From Prorocentrum cordatum (lineage: Eukaryota): a stretch of 64,000 bases of DNA. Positions 12,501-23,685 of the stretch are shown in pieces. The stretch is taken from contig CAUYUJ010000289.1 of NCBI GenBank assembly GCA_963575745.1, positions 1 through 64,000 on the forward strand, read 5' to 3'. A program made the position numbers and the translations under genes. The notes under the pieces were generated by a model, which made no database searches, was not told the origin of the DNA, and saw only the letters and a list, made by a program, of their open reading frames with translations. The stretch's first letter is position 1. The number at the start of each line of letters is the position of its first letter.

Positions 12501-13226
12501 GTAAACACCGAGGCCTCACCTGTTCCACGTTGTGAAGGACCACGACGTCTGAGGTTTGGGCCTGTGGTCTGCGGAGACCGCAGGTGGAGGCTCTGTACCC
12601 ATCGGTCGTTGAAAGTAGGTATTTTTGGGTTCCCAGATTCCAATCTACTTTCATCGCCTTCCTGCTTCAAGAGTCGAGTGGTTTTCCCTCTTCCCTCCTC
12701 TTCAGGAGGCGGGGCGGAAACCCAATCTATTTCCAACGCCTTCCTACTTCATGTTTCTACCTACTTCTTCCGACCGATGGGTAAGCGTGAGTGTCCTTGG
12801 CACGGCTCGTCCTTACCCCCGGCAGGGTGCGGAGGATGGCCGTGACGCCCTCTGCATTTTGCGGGCAGCCGAGTGGGCCTTCCTCGCACCGGCCGGCTCT
12901 GCCTCGGGATGGCGAGATTGTCTGTCTGCTGGTGATCCAGATCGGGTCTGGGGGGCTCTTGCTCCTCCTCTTCACGCCGTCAAGTCATGGGCAGTTCGGG
13001 CCCCTCCCCCATGACACCTCGTCCTGCTCCTTGTTCTCGCGCTCCTGCGCCACCTTCTCCTGCTCCGCGTCCCGCTCGTCCTCGTCCGCTTGCTCCTCCT
13101 CAGGACGACGCCCCCCTCCTGCTCCCCATCCTGGTCGCGCCCCCTGCTCCCGCACCGCTCGCTCCTTCTCGTCTTTCAAGGGGGGCTCTTCCTGCAGTGA
13201 GCAAGAGCGCTGGTAGGGACTAGTGC

Positions 13227-13410
13227 AGAGGAACCGCTACTGGCACAAACATAAACTTTCGGAGGTCCGCGCGGATTTCTCGGATCGGCGCTGGAGCACC
13301 TGAGCGCTGTCTCGTCGCCGCCCTTGGCGCGCTCCGCGAGCCAGGGAGGGGGATCCACCGCCGATCCAAGAAATCAGCGCGGACCTCCGAAAATGTTTGT
13401 GTGCTATTCC
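13227..13410. mobile_element. Palindromic MITE family C (other copies at about 6380-6552, 39990-40152, 40650-40780, 41803-41992, 49424-49621, 63520-63712)
   Basis: ggaggtccgcgcggatttc ... gaaatccgcgcggacctcc long inverted repeat, recurring through the window. Confidence 0.8.
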
Positions 13411-13689
13411 TCGATTTGGGAGGGGGCTTAGAACGGGAGACTGAAACGCAGCATCGTTGGTGCATCCTGGGTTTGACTCTGGCCCTCGCCCTGGCAAAGC
13501 ATCAGCAGAGGCATGTCTGTGTTCGGGCACAGGTCCTGCAACAAACAGAGAGGAAACTGGGGGCTCACCCAACCTCCCCCGACTCGTCAGGCCAGGTGCT
13601 CCTGTTTCGAGGGAGGGCCTCCCGTGCTCTGGCCCTCACCCTCCTCCTCCTCTTCTTCCTCCTCCTCCTCCTCCTCCTCCTCCTCCTCC

Positions 13690-13710
13690 CCGTAGCCATT
13701 TTGGCTCAAG
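13690..13710 (+). other. Dinoflagellate spliced-leader (DinoSL) relic at the 5' end of LINE-A
   Basis: CCGTAGCCATTTTGGCTCAAG is an exact match to 21 of the 22 nt of DCCGTAGCCATTTTGGCTCAAG. It follows a (CCT)n tract directly. Confidence 0.97.
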
Positions 13711-13911
13711 TCTCACGGATACCTCCCGTGGGTCCCGACTCCAGAGGCTCGAGGGCGAGGTGGAAGGGCAGCCCCTTCCATCAGGCCTGGCTGCCTCGCC
13801 CCAGGCTTTCAGCACGACGCTGTGCCAGCGCACGGCGGCTTTCCATCGCCCGAGGGGCTATCTCGCACTGCCCGTTCTCATCGGCTCAGTGTTTGTGATA
13901 GAAGTGGCGCG

Positions 13912-15126
13912 ATGGCTCGCAACAAGTATCTTGTGTGCCCATGGCATGGCTGCAGCGGCTGGGCCTGGGCCGACCGTGGTGCAACTCACTGCACCAAGTG
14001 TGGCGCGAAGCTCTCACACAAGAAGATGGGGCTCAACGACCCGCTCCCTGCAGGTGGTGGGCCATCCTCATCAACAACACGGGCAGTCTCCTGGGCACCG
14101 CCAGAAGATCGCAGCGATGGAGGACAGCAAGGACGAGGCCACGGGCGTTGGCGCCGTGGGAAGTCTCGAGGTCCGCCAGACACAGTGGCAGCTGACGGTC
14201 GTGGCGAACGTGACGGGGACAGGCCAAAACCAGCAGAAGCAGATCGTGCAGAGTCTGTTCCCAGCCCCGTCGAGTTGGCCCAGACCCAGGTCACTTTCTG
14301 GAAGCAGTGGAAGGGAGACAGTTCCAAGGAGTACAAGGATGCGGTCGAGGCTCTCAAGCAGGCGAAGCAACTCCTCTTACAAGAGAAGACACCTGATCAG
14401 CAAGCCCAGAGCCTCACGGACCAGCTCAACCAACAGAAGCGACGTCTGCAGCAGACAAAGAACACCGTCAACCAGCTTTCGCAGCAGCTGGCCTCCGTCG
14501 CGGAGAAGCAGCAGAAGGCGTTGGACGAGTACCAGCAGACCAGCGTGGAGGGGCAGCGGCTGCAGGCGCAGCTGCAGGTGGTGCAGCAGGCAGCCGCCCA
14601 GAAGGCATCCCAGGACGTGCCGATGGCGGAGGCCATCAAATCACTCATCGCAGGTCGCCCCAGCAAGCCGAAGGAATCGATATCACCTGAATTTGACAAG
14701 CATCTGGAGGCTGTCGTCGAAGCTCTGTCGCAGGTCGAGAAGGAACAGCACGCCGCCAAAGCAGCGCAAGAGGACAAGAAGGAGCCTGCCAACGGGGAGG
14801 ACAAGCCGAAGGAGAACGACCTCCAGCAGCCGAAGGAGGAGCAGTCCCCGGCCGAGGCAGCGCAGCCCCCAGCGGGCAGCCCACCTGCTCCCGTGGGAGA
14901 GCCGCCCAGTGCGGCAGGCGCCGAGGCCCCTGGCGCAGCGGCTTCTTCTGAGGATGCACAGATGGCGGAGGCGCGCAAGAGGGCCTTGGACCAGCTGCAG
15001 GAGGCTAACAAGTCGCTGGCGGCAGCGGGGCTCTCCAGCGAGGACGCCGCCAAGAGGCTCAAGGCCGCGGCCGAGAAGGTTGCCGCCGAGACTACGGAGA
15101 CGGCTGTGCCGAAGCAGCATTCCTAA
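13912..15126 (+). CDS. LINE-A ORF1 (404 aa): N-terminal Cys4 zinc-finger-like motif, Q/K/E-rich coiled coil, low-complexity tail
   Basis: ATG at 13912 (MARNKYLVCPWHGC...HCTKCG), heptad-rich middle region, TAA at 15124-26, positioned upstream of the APE-RT ORF. Confidence 0.85.
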   Translation: MARNKYLVCPWHGCSGWAWADRGATHCTKCGAKLSHKKMGLNDPLPAGGGPSSSTTRAVSWAPPEDRSDGGQQGRGHGRWRRGKSRGPPDTVAADGRGERDGDRPKPAEADRAESVPSPVELAQTQVTFWKQWKGDSSKEYKDAVEALKQAKQLLLQEKTPDQQAQSLTDQLNQQKRRLQQTKNTVNQLSQQLASVAEKQQKALDEYQQTSVEGQRLQAQLQVVQQAAAQKASQDVPMAEAIKSLIAGRPSKPKESISPEFDKHLEAVVEALSQVEKEQHAAKAAQEDKKEPANGEDKPKENDLQQPKEEQSPAEAAQPPAGSPPAPVGEPPSAAGAEAPGAAASSEDAQMAEARKRALDQLQEANKSLAAAGLSSEDAAKRLKAAAEKVAAETTETAVPKQHS

Positions 15127-18100
15127 CCAGTACAAGCTGACGGCCATCAATGGCAGTTGCTGGCCGCAGGTGAAGACCTTCATCAAGTCTGAGCTGGGCC
15201 AGCAGCCACGCATCATTTGCGCGCAGGGGTGCAAGCTGTGCCCCGAGCATTTCATCTCTCAGGCTTCTCAGTGGTGCCAACGTGAAGGTTGGCAAGCTTC
15301 TTTTCAAGCAGGCGCATGCAGCTCCACGGAACCCCCCTCGGCTGGAGTTTGCGTTCTGGTCAAACGCGGTTTCGATCTTGGAGTTCAGAATTTGGTCTTA
15401 CCTTCGAGGGCTCAGGATTTTGTTCCTCAGGGTCGTCTCGTGGGAGTTCGAGTGGAGTTGCCTGGGCTTGGAGTCGTGGGCATACCCTCAGTTTATTTGC
15501 AGGTCAGTGTTGGCTTGAATGAGACCAATTTAGGTATTTTAGCGGCAGCGGCAGTATTGCAGAATAATTTCCGTATTCCCATGCTTATAGCAGGAGACTA
15601 TAACATGAACCCTAACAAGCTCAGAGAGCATGATTATGTGCAGCGTGCTGGTATGTGTATTAGTGCTTCCTCTACACCCACTTATCGTACGAAGGATACG
15701 CAGTCGCAACTGGACTATTTTGTGTATAGCAAGTGTTTGGAGCATGTCTTGTCGGGACCACATGTACATGTCAAATATCCGCTGTCGCCGCGCCGCCCTG
15801 TCAGCACCAACATGCAGGCAGACGCAGGTTTCACCGTCCCAGTCTTGTGTAAGCCGCAGCGCCTGCCGACCAAGCCAGTATTTGGTCCCAAGTTGCCCGA
15901 GCGCGAGTGGCACGCGACGGAGGCCGCTCTGCAGGTCGCTGAGGCCATCGTCAATCGCAGCGTGGAACCACCCAGTCTGAGAGAAAAGCAGCGAGTGTTG
16001 GATCAGGTGTATCATTTTCTGGCCAGGGATTTGGAGGTTACGATAGCGGAGATTACCGACACGGTACTAAAACCAAGTTCTCGGCCCAGGGCCTGTCCTC
16101 CCAGGGTCAGGTGGGTACAAGCTCAGCAATTTCTGAAGGGGCATCGTGTTGAGTGGAAGTCGCATGCGGGGCCTCTGCGCTGGATGCGCAATGTGGTACA
16201 GCAGTTTTTCTTCAAGCTTCAGAAGTTGGACGCTGCTGAGTTGCAGCTCGTAGCCGACAGTCTGGAAGATCCCCCGCCAGAGTTCCAAGAGTCCGAGGCC
16301 CTACAGGAATGCCTTCTCAGCACCCATCAGGGCCTCCAGTTCCTCATCCTGGATATTCGAGCGGGGGTCCTGGACCCCGAGTTGGGTTTGGAAGCGTTGG
16401 ACGAGGTTTTGAATCACATCACTAAGCTGATTGGTAAGGAGATCGCTCTGGAGAAGCAAGAGGCCTATCGGGCCTGGCGGGGGTGGGTCCAGATAGGTAC
16501 TCAAGGTAGTGCTGGCTGGGCTCACAAGTGGGCCAAGAACCTGGAGGCCTGGGCTCCCCAAGCTGTTCCCTGGAAAGGTTCCTGGACTGGGCGCCCTTCG
16601 AAGGTTTTGGAGCATGAAGCTGTTCGACTTAGCCAACTTTGGGATGCCACCGACGAGAGGCCCCAGTTCGAAGTACCCCCCGGCCTTTTCGAGCCCCAGT
16701 TGCCCATGATAGAGCCCCAGCAGTTGATAGATGCAGCAGAGCAGTTCGCCCACGTGACGGCCTCTACGTGGGGCGGCTTTCACCCCGAGCATTTCCAGAG
16801 CCTGTCGCTTGACCAGGCCGACCTGGTCTGCCGCTTTTTGCACCTGGTCGAGTCCATCGGTGCGATGCCCAAGCAGTTGCAGGCAGTAGTTTCGGTGCTG
16901 ATCCCCAAGCAAAACAAATCCAAGGTGGCTCAGGCTTCAACGCAGTTCAGGGGGATCGGGATGATGCCAGGATTGTATCGCATCTGGTCCAAGGCCCGCC
17001 AGGGTGAAGCAATGAAATGGGAGTCAAAGCACCGGCGCAGCTTGCTGGCCCATCAGGCGGGCAAGAGTATCACGGAAGTTGTTTTTTTTCGGCAGAGTTT
17101 GAAGGCAGAGAATGGAGTGACTCGCCAAGAGACCCTGCATTCAGGCGCTGTGTTGTGGGACCTCAGCAACTACTATGAGTATATCAGCCACCGCAAGCTG
17201 ATAGAGAGGGCCCGCGCCACAGGTTTCAGCAGCAAGATTCTTAAGGTCATTTTAGCCCAGTACAGCAGCCAGCGACTGGTCGCCACCAGGGACTCAGTGC
17301 AGATGGTCAACCATCCGACGAGAGGGATTGTAGCGGGTTGCGGCTGGGCTACTTTTCGGGTTCAGGTCTATAGTTTGGGCCCCCTGGACAGCTGGAGCAA
17401 AAATAACCCTAGGGGCACGGATTTGCAGATGTTTATTGACGACCTATTCCTGGGGCAACAGCATCAAAATCAGGAGGCTCTGGTGCGACAGCTGCAACAC
17501 TCGGCGGCCAGGCTGGCAGTAATCATCCAGGACGATTTAGAGCGCAAGCTCGCGCTTCACAAAGCTCAGGTTATTGCGTCGAACCCTCGGCTCCGACAGA
17601 CAATCAGGAAAGCTCTTGGGAAGTACGCGGGCCCCGAGGACTCGCATGCGGCAACGAACCTAGGGATATATACTTCTGCAGGGGCGTCGAGGATTCTGGC
17701 AGGCTGGCCAAGGCTACTCTGTGCGAGCGGTTTGTTCGACATCGACATCGACGACATCGGATTCGCGCTATCAAGATAGCTGGGGGTGACACTCGGAAAC
17801 TTTGGAAGACAGGCCTCCAGCAGGCCATCACTTATGGTACGGAAGTTGTGGGAGTCGATCACGGTGAATTTTGAAGGCTTCAAACTGAATGCCTCAGAAC
17901 AGCCGGCCCCAGATGCGCTACGCGAAGTAGGTCACTCAGTTTGGCAGTGCTTGGAGACCCATCGTGGCGTGCAGGCTTGGGACCAGTACTCACATGGGCG
18001 ACGATGATATGGCGTGCTGCCACCCAGCCGTCACACCCGCGTGAACTTCTTGAGCTGAAGGGCCTGGCCGAACCTATTTTAGCATCCCCCCCCCCCAAGT

Positions 18101-19845
18101 AAGTGGGCAGCCGAAAGAGGCCCCTTTGGGGCCGCCTACCTCTCCCTCAAGTGGATAGGTTGGAGTTTTGCTTCTGTTCTGGAATTGCAGGACGAGAACG
18201 GGCTAACATACCCGCTCACGACTTGCACGCCGAAGATGATGGCCCAGAAAATGCAAGCAGCCTGGGATAGGCTCAACTTGCGCAAAGCTGCTCAGAAACT
18301 AGGCTATCCCCAGGAGACCCTCGATGTTTCAATTGCCCGAGCCATGATAGACGGTAAGAGTTTAACTAAGAAGGCCAGGTCCACGCTCGTCTGCTTTCTC
18401 ACACAGTGCATCTGGACGCGGACTCGACTGCGTCAAGCAGGATATGAAGTTGAGGAGGCTTGCCAATGCGGAGCCCAGCAGGATACTTTAAAGCGTCGTT
18501 TGCTGGAGTGTAGCCTCTCAGCCCAGTTGCGCGAAGAAATGGAGTTTACTGCGGACGAGCTGGGTCAGATAAGTAACCTTTCAGACCAGGTCCTGGCCTT
18601 CGGTTTTCGGTTTTCACCTGCTTTTGACTCGGGGGTCCTGCTGGATTCGGCTACGAATATGCGGACTTTTGGAGTCGGGACCCATCCCTCTCGCAACAAG
18701 AAGCTTTCTCGGATGAAGTTTTCACGGACGGCTCCTGCTTTAAGCCAGGGGCCCAATGCTACAACCTAGCGGGATGGTCTATGGTGGCCATCGATGGGCA
18801 CGGTGAAGTCTCGGCTTATATGACGGGGCGTGTGGGCAACCTCCTTCCTCCTACCTCCCCTGCTGCTGAGCGCTGCGGTGTGCTTGCTGCTGCTCTGAAT
18901 GCCTCCCCGCACGCCCAGATTTTTGTAGACTATAAAGGAGCTATTGCTGTGCACCAGAAAGCCACAGTTTTCTCGGTCCGACTTTTGACGGGGCCTTTAA
19001 GGTCCTGGCTAGGGCCAGTATGGCCCCCATCGGCCCCAGGCTCCACAAAATCAAAGCGCATGTGGATATCGAATCTTTGACCCCAGGCAGCGAGGAGTGG
19101 CGACGAGCTAAAGGCAACGACGCTGCTGATCGATATGCGAAGATAGCCGCTGCCAGGGGTTCCCAGTTAAGTACTAATGAACTTGAGCAACAGGTTGCTC
19201 AGGCGGCTCTTTTAAATAATTACTTCAGATATGTTTCAGAAGCCCTCCAGATCTGGCCTGCGGTAGCTCCGAAGGCTGGATCAAAAGGACTTTGCCGAGC
19301 CAGAGAAAAGTTTGAACCCACCCGTGGGAGCGGCCGCAGCTCAGCCCGCCTGGGGACAAGAGGTGCCTCCTCCTCCGCGTCCTCCTCCTCCTCCCCCGTC
19401 GGTTCCTGGGGACGAGCTTGCAATGCCCAGGCGGGCACATCAGTGGCATAAATGGGGCAATGGGTGGCTGTGCGCTGTGTGTCGTCAGAGGTCGGCCTCG
19501 GACCATGCTTTGAAGCGCCGCGAAAAGGAACAGCGCCCTGGTTTTTGTGCCCACCACCATGAGCTGCTGGCCAATCCACGAGGCCATAAACCGATGTTTC
19601 TTGGGTATCTTGATGATAGACCCTCGAGTATAATTATGTGCTGGAAGTGCGGCTCGTTCACAGAAGGAACCCGTGGCCTCAGAGGTGAATGTTCCCCGCC
19701 TGCAAATGGACGCTTGTTGCAACGACAGCGAGCGGGGGAAGGACGGCACCCCAAAGGCACGGCGAGCTCGCCCATTTTGTTGAAGCCTCCGATCCCGCTG
19801 GCCCAGCTAGTGAGAGAATTGGAGGCGATGAGCTCTGCTGCTTAA
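15122..19845 (+). pseudogene. LINE-A ORF2 (APE endonuclease, reverse transcriptase, zinc motif, RNase H, Cys/His domain), frameshifted after about 17700
   Basis: APE: LTAING, IICAQG, VYL, IAGDYN, PTY, LDYF. RT: LIPK, FRGIG, WDLSNYYE, GIVAGC, MFIDD, NLGI. Zinc motif: CQCG. RNase H: FTDGS (18721), AAE, FVD, KIKAH, GNDAADRYAK. C-terminus: CAVC, CWKCG. Several frameshifts; APE catalytic E appears as G and H as R. Confidence 0.92.
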
Positions 19846-20519
19846 CGTGGCAAGAGCTCCAGAGACAATCGGGAGTCACCCCAATCTGAGCGCTGGTCCT
19901 CCTCCTCCTCCTTTTGACGTTGCGCGAACTTGATGCAACAGCATGGAGCGTTAAAGGATGCACGACAGAAAAAGAGGAACGCCGACATAGCGGTGTGGAA
20001 AAACAAATCAGACCCAGCTCAGCTGGCGCAGCAGAAGAAACAAACAGGAAAAGAAGGGGGCCCAAAGGGCACATCGTATGCGCCAGCCAGGCGGTCTGCG
20101 AGGAGGAGGGAACGAACGACCGAAAACCTCAGTAAAAACCATAATGATCAAGAGGGATCCGTCCTCCTCCTCCTCCGCGGTGCCCTGGGGCCCTCGTGTC
20201 CGAGGAGGGCCCCGAGGCGGCGGACCACGAGCGCGGACGCGCCGCGCGCCGCGCCGCGCCCGCGCGCACCGGGCCCGCGTCCGCCGCCTCCTCCTCCTCC
20301 TCCTCCTCCTCCTCCTCCTCCTCCTCCTCCTCTTCCTCCTCCTCATCCTCCTTCTCCTCCTCGTGCTCCTCCTGCGCCTCCTCCTCCTCCTCCTCCTCCT
20401 CATCCTGCCGCGCCGCGTCCTCCTCCTCATCCTGCGCCTCGTCCTGCTGCTCCTCCCTCTCCCGCCCCGGCCTCCCTGCGCCGACGCTCCGGCGCGGTGC
20501 CTGAGAGCCCCCCCTGCAG

Positions 20520-20561
20520 GTGCGCTCGCGGAGCGCCAGCCGCGTGCTGACGCTGCCGGAG
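20520..20561 (+). CDS. Host gene exon C (VRSRSASRVLTLPE)
   Basis: cctgcag|GTG acceptor and AG|GC donor. Phase 0 continuation after ...MAT matches the expected ATVRAxxxxxVLxL strand of a CNBD. Confidence 0.7.
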
Positions 20562-21647
20562 GCGGCCCCGGGTCCGCTCGCTTCGGTCCACGCCCCGCCC
20601 ACTTGGCTGCCGCTGCCACGCCCAGCCTCGCGGGCGATTTTTCTCCCCCAGCCCCCTGACCTTTCGACGGGCGAAACAAAACATGGAACGGCTCAGAAAA
20701 GGAGGGGGAACCCTGGGGTACACACCTGGGGGGCCATTCGGGCGCACCACCGCCGAGGATGCACGCCCCCCCCTCGTATATCCCAGGGTTGGGCCCCGTA
20801 TTCTTGGGCCATTCGAGAACCCTACGAAGCCTGGGACAGGGGTCGACACATCCCCTGTTACACTCCCCCCGCCCAAGGTCAGGGTAGCGAGGGATGGACT
20901 GGCTGAGGGGGAGCATCGACCTGCCAATCTTAAGGCGGGGAGGAACATTCAGAAATAGTCCCAAAATAGTGCGGGGACGATTCTTCAACTATTTATTCAT
21001 ATTTTTTGGGTTTGTTTTTGACTAGTCCAAAATCCCCCTGTAGTGGGCCAGGCCCGACCTTCCCAATCGCCCACTCCTCGCCGATCAGGGCATGGGCCCC
21101 CCCACCCCGCCCCGGAGCGCGCGGTTTCGCGATGGGGGGCACATCGCCGACCCATCGGCGATCTGTCGCCCATTCGAGGTCGATGTTCATGTCCTTCCCC
21201 CTCGCACCGGGGCCCATGTCGATCAGATCGACACGACTCCGTATCGATTTCGCATAGCCCGAGCCGGTTCGACTCCGATGTTCCGACGAGCTGATGTGGC
21301 CAGACTCTTGCATGGCGTTGCTGTGCGTCTTGGCGCGGCCGGATCTTTTCGATTCCGCATCCGTGCCGATGCGGCCCGACTAGACGCCCTGTCCGATCCG
21401 ACTTTAGTCTCTGAATTCTTTACGCTTCGCGTGTCCCCACCAGCCCATCTCACAGCAGCAATTCTCGCGAAGCATGCCGACAGTCGTGTTTTTCAGGCGT
21501 GTGTCCGCTTGGCCCCGCATATCTCCCCTGTTCCTCCTTCCCCCCGCCTCCTTGTACATCCTCCTTGTGGGGGGAGCGGGAGAAGGACGAGGCGGAGGAG
21601 GAGGGAGAGAAAGCGTTCCTCGTGGTTTGAGTCGTTTGGGGATTCTC

Positions 21648-21855
21648 GTCCTGGTGTGAGTCGTTCGGGCCCTTCTTCCTGGTGTGACTCGTTCGGGCTC
21701 CTCGTGGTGTGAGTCGTTCGGGCTCTTCGTCGTGGTGTGAGTCGTTCGGGCTCCTCGTGGTGTGAGTCGTTCGGGCGCCTCGTCCTGGTGTGAGTCGTTC
21801 GGGCCCCTCCTTATGGTGTGAGTCGTTCGGGCTCTTCGTGGTGCGAGTCGTTCGG
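21648..21855. repeat. Minisatellite of about 25-29 bp (ggtgtgagtcgttcgggc core, about 8 units)
   Basis: Visible tandem units. Lies between about 52-bp direct repeats at 21366-21417 and 21856-21908. Confidence 0.85.
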
Positions 21856-22461
21856 GCCGATGCGGCCCGACTAGACGCCCGGTCCGATCCGACTTTAGTT
21901 TCTGAATTTGTGCCGACCGCTCTCGCCCACGCTGGCTGCCGTTGCCACGCCCAAGATGGGCGGCGCGCGGCGCGTAGATGGTCTCGGGGGCAACGACCGG
22001 AGGGGATAGGCATAGGGGGGGATGCATCGCCCCTCAGTCGCCCACTGATCTCCGACATGGGCCCGATGGCCCCAGCCTGCCCAGGAGGGTGCGGACTCGC
22101 TATCGGAGGCCTCTCGCCGATCTATCGGCGATGTAACGCCGATGCCAGGTCGATGCGTCCCCCCCTTTATGCCAGTCCCCCCGCTAATCTCCGACGAAGG
22201 CATCTATACACCACCACCGTGCCAGACCAGGGCCATCCTGGGCCGCAGGACGGTGTATAGACCCTCCTGGCTCGGCCAGGAGGGCGTATACACCATCCTG
22301 GGGCCCAGGATGGCCCTGGCCTGGCACGGTGGTGGTGTATATATACATATATACTTTTCCCCCAACCATCCTGTGGTGTTGGGTCCTCGTTTTGAAGAGA
22401 CGGTCCCCGCGTTCCTTCTCCTCCTTCTCCTCCTCCTGCTCGTCGCCCTCCTCCCTCCAGG

Positions 22462-23685
22462 TCTCGCATGCCTCCCCACCACCCATTTCGGCACACCCCT
22501 CACACGTTTCGTGGCCCCATAGGGAGCTCCACCGAAGGCCCCAGTGGCTGCGTTCGCATGCCTCCCCACCACCCATTCGGCACACCCCTCACACGTTTCG
22601 TGGCCCCATAGGGAGCTCCACCGAAGGCCCCAGTGGCTGCGTTCGCATGCCTCCCCACCACCCATTTCGGCACACCCCTCACACGTTTCGTGGCCCCATA
22701 GGGAGCTCCACCGAAGGCCCCAGTGGCAGGGTTCGCATGCCTCCCCACCACCCATTTCGGCACACCCCTCACACGTTTCGTGGCCCCATAGGGAGCTCCA
22801 CCGAAGGCCCCAGTGGCAGCGGTTCGCATGCCTCCCCACCACCCATTTCGGCACACCCCTCACACGTTTCGTGGCCCATAGGGAGCTCCACCGAAGGCCC
22901 CAGTGGCTGCGTTCGCATGCCTCCCCCACACCAATTTCGGCACACCCCTCACACGTTTCGTGGCCCATAGGGAGCTCCACCGAAGGCCCCATTGTCAGGC
23001 ATGCCTCCCCACCACGCTCGGCACACCGCTCACACGTTTCGTGGCCCCATAGGGAGCTCCACCGAAGGCCCCAGTGCGGCCGCATGCCTCCCACCACCAT
23101 TTCGGCACACCCCTCACACGTTCGTGGCTCCAAAGGAGCTCCACCGAAGGCCCCAGTGCCCGCGCCCGCATGCGTCACCCACACCATTTCGCACACCCCT
23201 CACACGTTTCGTGGCTCCATAGGGAGCTCCACCGAAGGCCCCAGTGCCCGCGCCCGCATGCGTCACCCACACCCATTTCGGCACACCCCTCACGCGTTCC
23301 GTGGCTCCATAGGGAGCTCCACCGAAGGCCCCAGTGCCCGCGCCCGCATGCGTCAGCCACGCCCATTTCGGCCCACCCCTCACACGCTTCGTGGCTCCAT
23401 AGGGAGCTCCACCGAAGGCCCCAGTGCCCGCGCCCGCATGCGTCAGCCACACCCATTTCGGCACACCCCTCACACGTTTCGTGGCCCCATAGGGAGCTCC
23501 ACCGAAGGCCCCAGTGCTGCCGTCCGCATGCCCCCACACCAACTTCGGTGCACCCCTCACACGTTTCGTGGCCCCATAAGGAGCTCCACCGAAGGCCCCA
23601 GTGGCAACGTTCGCATGCCGCCCCCACACCCATTTCGGCACACCCCTCAAACGGTTCGTGGCCCCATAGGGAGATCCACCGAAGA
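22462..23685. repeat. About 90-bp satellite, about 13 copies
   Basis: cgcatg recurs at 22465 and 22555; the unit contains gtggccccatagggagctccaccgaaggccccagt. Confidence 0.95.

Larger units (their letters stand above)
13690..19896 (+). mobile_element. LINE-A: full-length but degraded APE-type non-LTR retrotransposon with RNase H
   Basis: SL, 5'UTR, ORF1, ORF2 (APE, RT, RNase H, Cys/His C-terminus) and a short 3'UTR. Followed by (TCC)5 at 19897-19911 with no poly(A). Confidence 0.93.

Noticed and set aside
13690..13760. SL RNA gene
   Set aside because: The SL is followed by tctc (and by ttgg at 30532), not by the GT donor of an SL RNA intron, and it leads into a LINE UTR. It is an mRNA-derived relic.
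13457..15121. N-terminal 550 aa of the 1440-aa ORF as real protein
   Set aside because: It starts upstream of the element, runs through a microsatellite and the SL, and is the Arg/Ser-rich shadow frame of ORF1.
21648..21855. CRISPR-like array (constant 18-bp core with variable gaps)
   Set aside because: The gaps are only about 7-11 nt and are variants of one another, there are no cas genes, and the context is eukaryotic.
22462..23685. Hammerhead or other ribozyme in the 90-bp satellite (CGAAAC on the minus strand)
   Set aside because: No CUGANGA core is visible; a covariance search would be needed.
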